Origin: an uncultured Candidatus Saccharibacteria bacterium
GTDB taxonomy: Bacteria > Patescibacteriota > Minisyncoccia > Phycocordibacterales > CALRHW01
Direction of reading: 5' to 3'
DNA length: 64,000 nt
Assembly (NCBI GenBank): GCA_964390845.1
Contig: CAYMIL010000002.1
Coordinates: forward strand, 33,885-97,884
Made by a program: the position numbers and the translations under genes. The notes beneath the pieces were generated by a model, which worked only from the letters and a program-made list of their open reading frames with translations, had not been told where the DNA came from and made no database searches. Below are positions 61,231 through 64,000 of the stretch, piece after piece. Positions within the stretch are counted from its first letter, which is position 1. The number at the start of each line of letters is the position of its first letter.

Positions 61231-61308
61231 ATTCATGAAACCCTAAAGAAACAATAACGAATTATACTGCAGGATCATGTCGTTGCACAATCCAGCCCGC
61301 TGTACGGG

Positions 61309-61380
61309 TGCTCTCGGAGGGATTCGAACCCCCAACAACGGTTCCGAAGACCGGTATGATATCCATTTCACCACGAGAGC
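61309..61380 (-). tRNA. tRNA-Arg (anticodon TCG), 3' CCA not encoded (ACCC)
   Basis: Acceptor GCTCTCG/CGAGAGC, D-loop with GG, anticodon loop CTTCGGA, T-loop TTCGAAT; one C-U mismatch at top of anticodon stem. Confidence 0.6.
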
Positions 61381-61439
61381 GATAGGGAATATCATACTCT
61401 AGATTGGCTAAAAATCAAAAGCCATACTAAAATAAACCC

Positions 61440-62966
61440 ATGAAACGACCCTCCTCGTCTCGAAAAAAGGCAGATTCCTCCTTGCCCGACACATCAGCTC
61501 GGGTTGATTTTACCGTACCAGAAGAGGTTTCACGAGTAACAAAAACCCTGAAAAATGCTGGTTTTGAGGCCTTTTTAGTCGGTGGATGCGTCCGAGACCT
61601 CCTTATGGGTCGAACCCCCAAAGACTGGGATGTTACGACAAATGCAACTCCTGAAGAAATTATTCCACTCTTTCCAAAGACGTTTTATGAAAATCCGTAT
61701 GGCACAGTAGGTGTTGTACACGAAGGAACCGAAGATCCCACACTTAAAGTCGTGGAAGTCACTCCATACCGCCTTGAAACGAGCTATTCCGACGGTAGAC
61801 GCCCCGATTCAGTGCAATTCAGTAAAAGACTCGAGGACGACCTAAAACGTCGTGATTTCACGATTAACGCGATTGCGATGGGGTCCGATGGAGAGATTGT
61901 GGACTTGTATGGAGGCATAAAGGACATTCACGCGGGAATCATTCGAACTGTGGGTGATGCGGGGGAGCGCTTCTCTGAAGACGGCCTGCGTATCATGCGT
62001 GCAGTACGTCTCTTTGCAGAACTTGGCTTTTCTATCGACCAAGATACAGAAGAGGGCATAAAAAAAATGGCTACAATGCTTGGTAAAATAGCAAAAGAGC
62101 GTATTCGTGATGAGTTTGTGAGAATTATAGAGTCTCCTCGGCCAGCGCAGGGCCTCGAAATGTCCTTTAAGCTTGGTATTCTTGGCTACATCGTGCCCGA
62201 GCTCGAACAGGGAATTGGTATAAGACAAAACCAAGCGCATGCATTTGATGTGTGGACACATCTTTTAAAAACACTTCAACACGCCGCAGACAAACAGTGG
62301 CCCCTACATATTCGTCTCGCCGCACTATTCCACGACGTAGGGAAGCCGAAAACACGTCGCTTTGATGAAGGTAAGAAAGACTACACATTCTACGGACACG
62401 AAGTTGTCGGCGCACGCATGACAGAAAAAATCATGCAGAACCTTCGTTTTTCCAACGACCTCACCGATCAAGTCGTCAAACTCGTACGCTGGCACATGTT
62501 TTTCTCAGATACAGAGCAAATAACGCTCTCAGCAGTACGCCGTCTCATCGCAAAAGTCGGGAAAGAGAACGTCTGGGACCTTATGAATGTCCGTATTTGC
62601 GACCGTATAGGCACCGGTCGCCCTAAGGAAAACCCGTATCGTCTACGAAAATACAAATCTATGATAGAGGAGGTGATGCGCGACCCCGTCTCTGTGGGTA
62701 TGCTCAAGATAGATGGAAAAGGGGTCATGGAAGCCGCACATATACCAGCAGGGCCAAAAATTGGGCATATTTTGCATGCACTCCTTGAGGAGGTACTCGA
62801 TGACCCGACACGAAACACCTCTGAATATCTACAGGAGCGAGCACTCACACTATCTACACTTTCAGAAACAGAGCTTGAAGCAATAGGAAAAAAGGGAAGA
62901 GAGAAGAAAGAGGAAGAAGATGAAAAAGGAGTAAAAGAGATTCGAGACAAGTATCACGTCGAATAA
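61440..62966 (+). CDS. cca: CCA-adding tRNA nucleotidyltransferase with C-terminal HD domain
   Basis: GGCVRDLLMGRTPKDWDVTT polymerase-beta head motif; HD motif LFHDVGK; K/E-rich tail. Confidence 0.85.
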   Translation: MKRPSSSRKKADSSLPDTSARVDFTVPEEVSRVTKTLKNAGFEAFLVGGCVRDLLMGRTPKDWDVTTNATPEEIIPLFPKTFYENPYGTVGVVHEGTEDPTLKVVEVTPYRLETSYSDGRRPDSVQFSKRLEDDLKRRDFTINAIAMGSDGEIVDLYGGIKDIHAGIIRTVGDAGERFSEDGLRIMRAVRLFAELGFSIDQDTEEGIKKMATMLGKIAKERIRDEFVRIIESPRPAQGLEMSFKLGILGYIVPELEQGIGIRQNQAHAFDVWTHLLKTLQHAADKQWPLHIRLAALFHDVGKPKTRRFDEGKKDYTFYGHEVVGARMTEKIMQNLRFSNDLTDQVVKLVRWHMFFSDTEQITLSAVRRLIAKVGKENVWDLMNVRICDRIGTGRPKENPYRLRKYKSMIEEVMRDPVSVGMLKIDGKGVMEAAHIPAGPKIGHILHALLEEVLDDPTRNTSEYLQERALTLSTLSETELEAIGKKGREKKEEEDEKGVKEIRDKYHVE

Positions 62967-63268
62967 ATCAGCCAAACAAAAACCGCCCGACGCAGTCCTC
63001 GTGAAAGCGTAGAGCGGTTGAGAAGTCCGCTCAGAAGAACAGATAGGGAGCCGGAAGCTATATCTCATTTGGGGGAGAAATTGAAGATATATATGTCCGA
63101 TATGATCCCGTCTGCCCAAGCGACCCTCGTGGGGTGGCCGACCCAATTCCTGACAGAACTATTGAGGTAAATGTCCTTTAGGGGGACTAAACGGACTCTC
63201 CTCGGCTCTGGCAAAAGTATAGCACGCATAAAAAAATGTAAAAGACATTTCCTGTGGATAAGTGTCCT

Positions 63269-64000
63269 TTATGCTTTCAAAAAGAGCGCGAGTGGACAAT
63301 GATCTGACCCCCCAACAGTGTGGAGCATGTCCATCGACTGAACCCGAGGCAACATGTCTGGACTCACGAAAAAATAATCGATACGCCAGCCAACATTGCG
63401 TTCACGCGCAAATGTTTTCATATCCCAATAGCTATAGGCATCTTTTTTATCTGGGTACAAATAGCGAAACACGTCTACATACCCGTGTTCGATAACACTA
63501 TCTATCCACGCCCGCTCCTCGGGGAGAAAACCTGTATGCTCAGCGTTTTCTTTCGGTCGAGCGAGATCTATTTCTTTATGAGCAGTGTTGACGTCGCCAC
63601 AAAAAATGACCCCCTTGCCGGTTTTTCTCAATTTCTCAATATAGTTTAAAAACTCGGCGTAAAAATTGAGTTTATACTGAAGGCGCTCTGGGCCACCACC
63701 TCCATTGGGGAAATATACGTTTACCAAGACAAAATCGTTAAAATGAGCTGCGATTAGACGACCTTCATCATCGAGAGTCGGGACACCCATGATGTACTCG
63801 ACGTGTTCAGGCTCTTTTTTTGAGTATATGGCGACACCACTGTAGCCCTTTTTCTGCTTAGGAAAATCAAAAAAAGCATGGTATCCCTTTGGCGCACGCA
63901 CCTCATTTGGCAATTGATCCGGCTCAGCCTTCATTTCCTGCAAACAAAACATATCTGGAGACTCTTTGATGAGCCAATCCCACTGGCCCTTCCTATGAAG
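63269..64000 (-). CDS. xth: exodeoxyribonuclease III / AP endonuclease (5' end beyond window)
   Basis: CLQEMK, NVYFPNGG, DVNTAHKEIDL, SDHCPL motifs of the EEP/ExoIII family; ORF continues to the window edge. Confidence 0.85.
   Translation of the reverse strand, partial: LHRKGQWDWLIKESPDMFCLQEMKAEPDQLPNEVRAPKGYHAFFDFPKQKKGYSGVAIYSKKEPEHVEYIMGVPTLDDEGRLIAAHFNDFVLVNVYFPNGGGGPERLQYKLNFYAEFLNYIEKLRKTGKGVIFCGDVNTAHKEIDLARPKENAEHTGFLPEERAWIDSVIEHGYVDVFRYLYPDKKDAYSYWDMKTFARERNVGWRIDYFFVSPDMLPRVQSMDMLHTVGGSDHCPLALFLKA

Noticed and set aside
62967-63268. Candidate RNase P RNA, tmRNA or SRP RNA in the cca-xth spacer
   Set aside because: Region too short for RNase P. No GGAAAGUCCGG/ACAGAACCCGGCUUA-type P4 signatures, no tRNA-like tmRNA end, no SRP domain IV motif recognizable by eye.

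Overview
This 64 kb window is a bacterial chromosomal segment with compact, mostly co-directional genes. The lack of ribosomal protein L30 between rpsE and rplO, the short trigger factor, weak Shine-Dalgarno use, and the co-occurrence of type IV pilus and ComEC genes are consistent with a Candidate Phyla Radiation (Patescibacteria) like genome. That assignment is an inference, not a confirmed one.

The backbone is housekeeping:
- Ribosomal and translation core (13.4-31.2 kb, minus strand): a large ribosomal protein supercluster, M50-rpsL-rpsG-fusA-[insert]-tuf-rpsJ...rplO-secY-adk-map, then ndk.
- Translation and RNA genes: infC-rpmI-rplT, nusA, ppa, tig, rsmE, clpP, rny, hup, cca, and four minus-strand tRNAs.
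- Central metabolism and DNA repair: pgk-tpiA, recJ, rnhA, xth (3' end truncated at the window edge).

Accessory content that stands out:
1. A cell-surface glycan modification cluster (1-6.6 kb): NodB-type deacetylase, SAM methyltransferase, LicA-like kinase, GT1/GT4 glycosyltransferase, Wzx-like flippase.
2. A complete SOS module (6.6-7.6 kb): lexA plus a small upstream ORF, driven by a near-consensus promoter (TTGACT -35, TATACT -10) with a GAAC-N4-GTTC LexA box in the spacer.
3. A secreted, cysteine-rich protein with a PG_binding_1 domain inserted between fusA and tuf.
4. A DNA-uptake / type IV pilus region (31-49 kb):
   - comEC split into membrane and MBL parts, with sod inserted on the opposite strand;
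   - three pseudopilins and a 672-aa beta-helix-like protein;
   - pilB-pilC preceded by three secreted proteins, including a 769-aa protein with Cys modules, GW motifs and a C-terminal PKD domain.
5. A four-gene cassette (51.2-53.7 kb): two paralogous secreted helical proteins, one carrying a canonical dockerin repeat pair, each followed by a paralogous ~100-aa single-pass membrane protein. This is my best candidate for an undescribed cell-surface docking system.
6. A tRNA island (58.8-61.4 kb) carrying an RNHCP-domain gene, yraN, two orphan hypothetical genes with their own promoter and terminators, and a duplicated 20-nt CACGTG palindromic motif.

No CRISPR array, rRNA gene or recognizable transposase was found.
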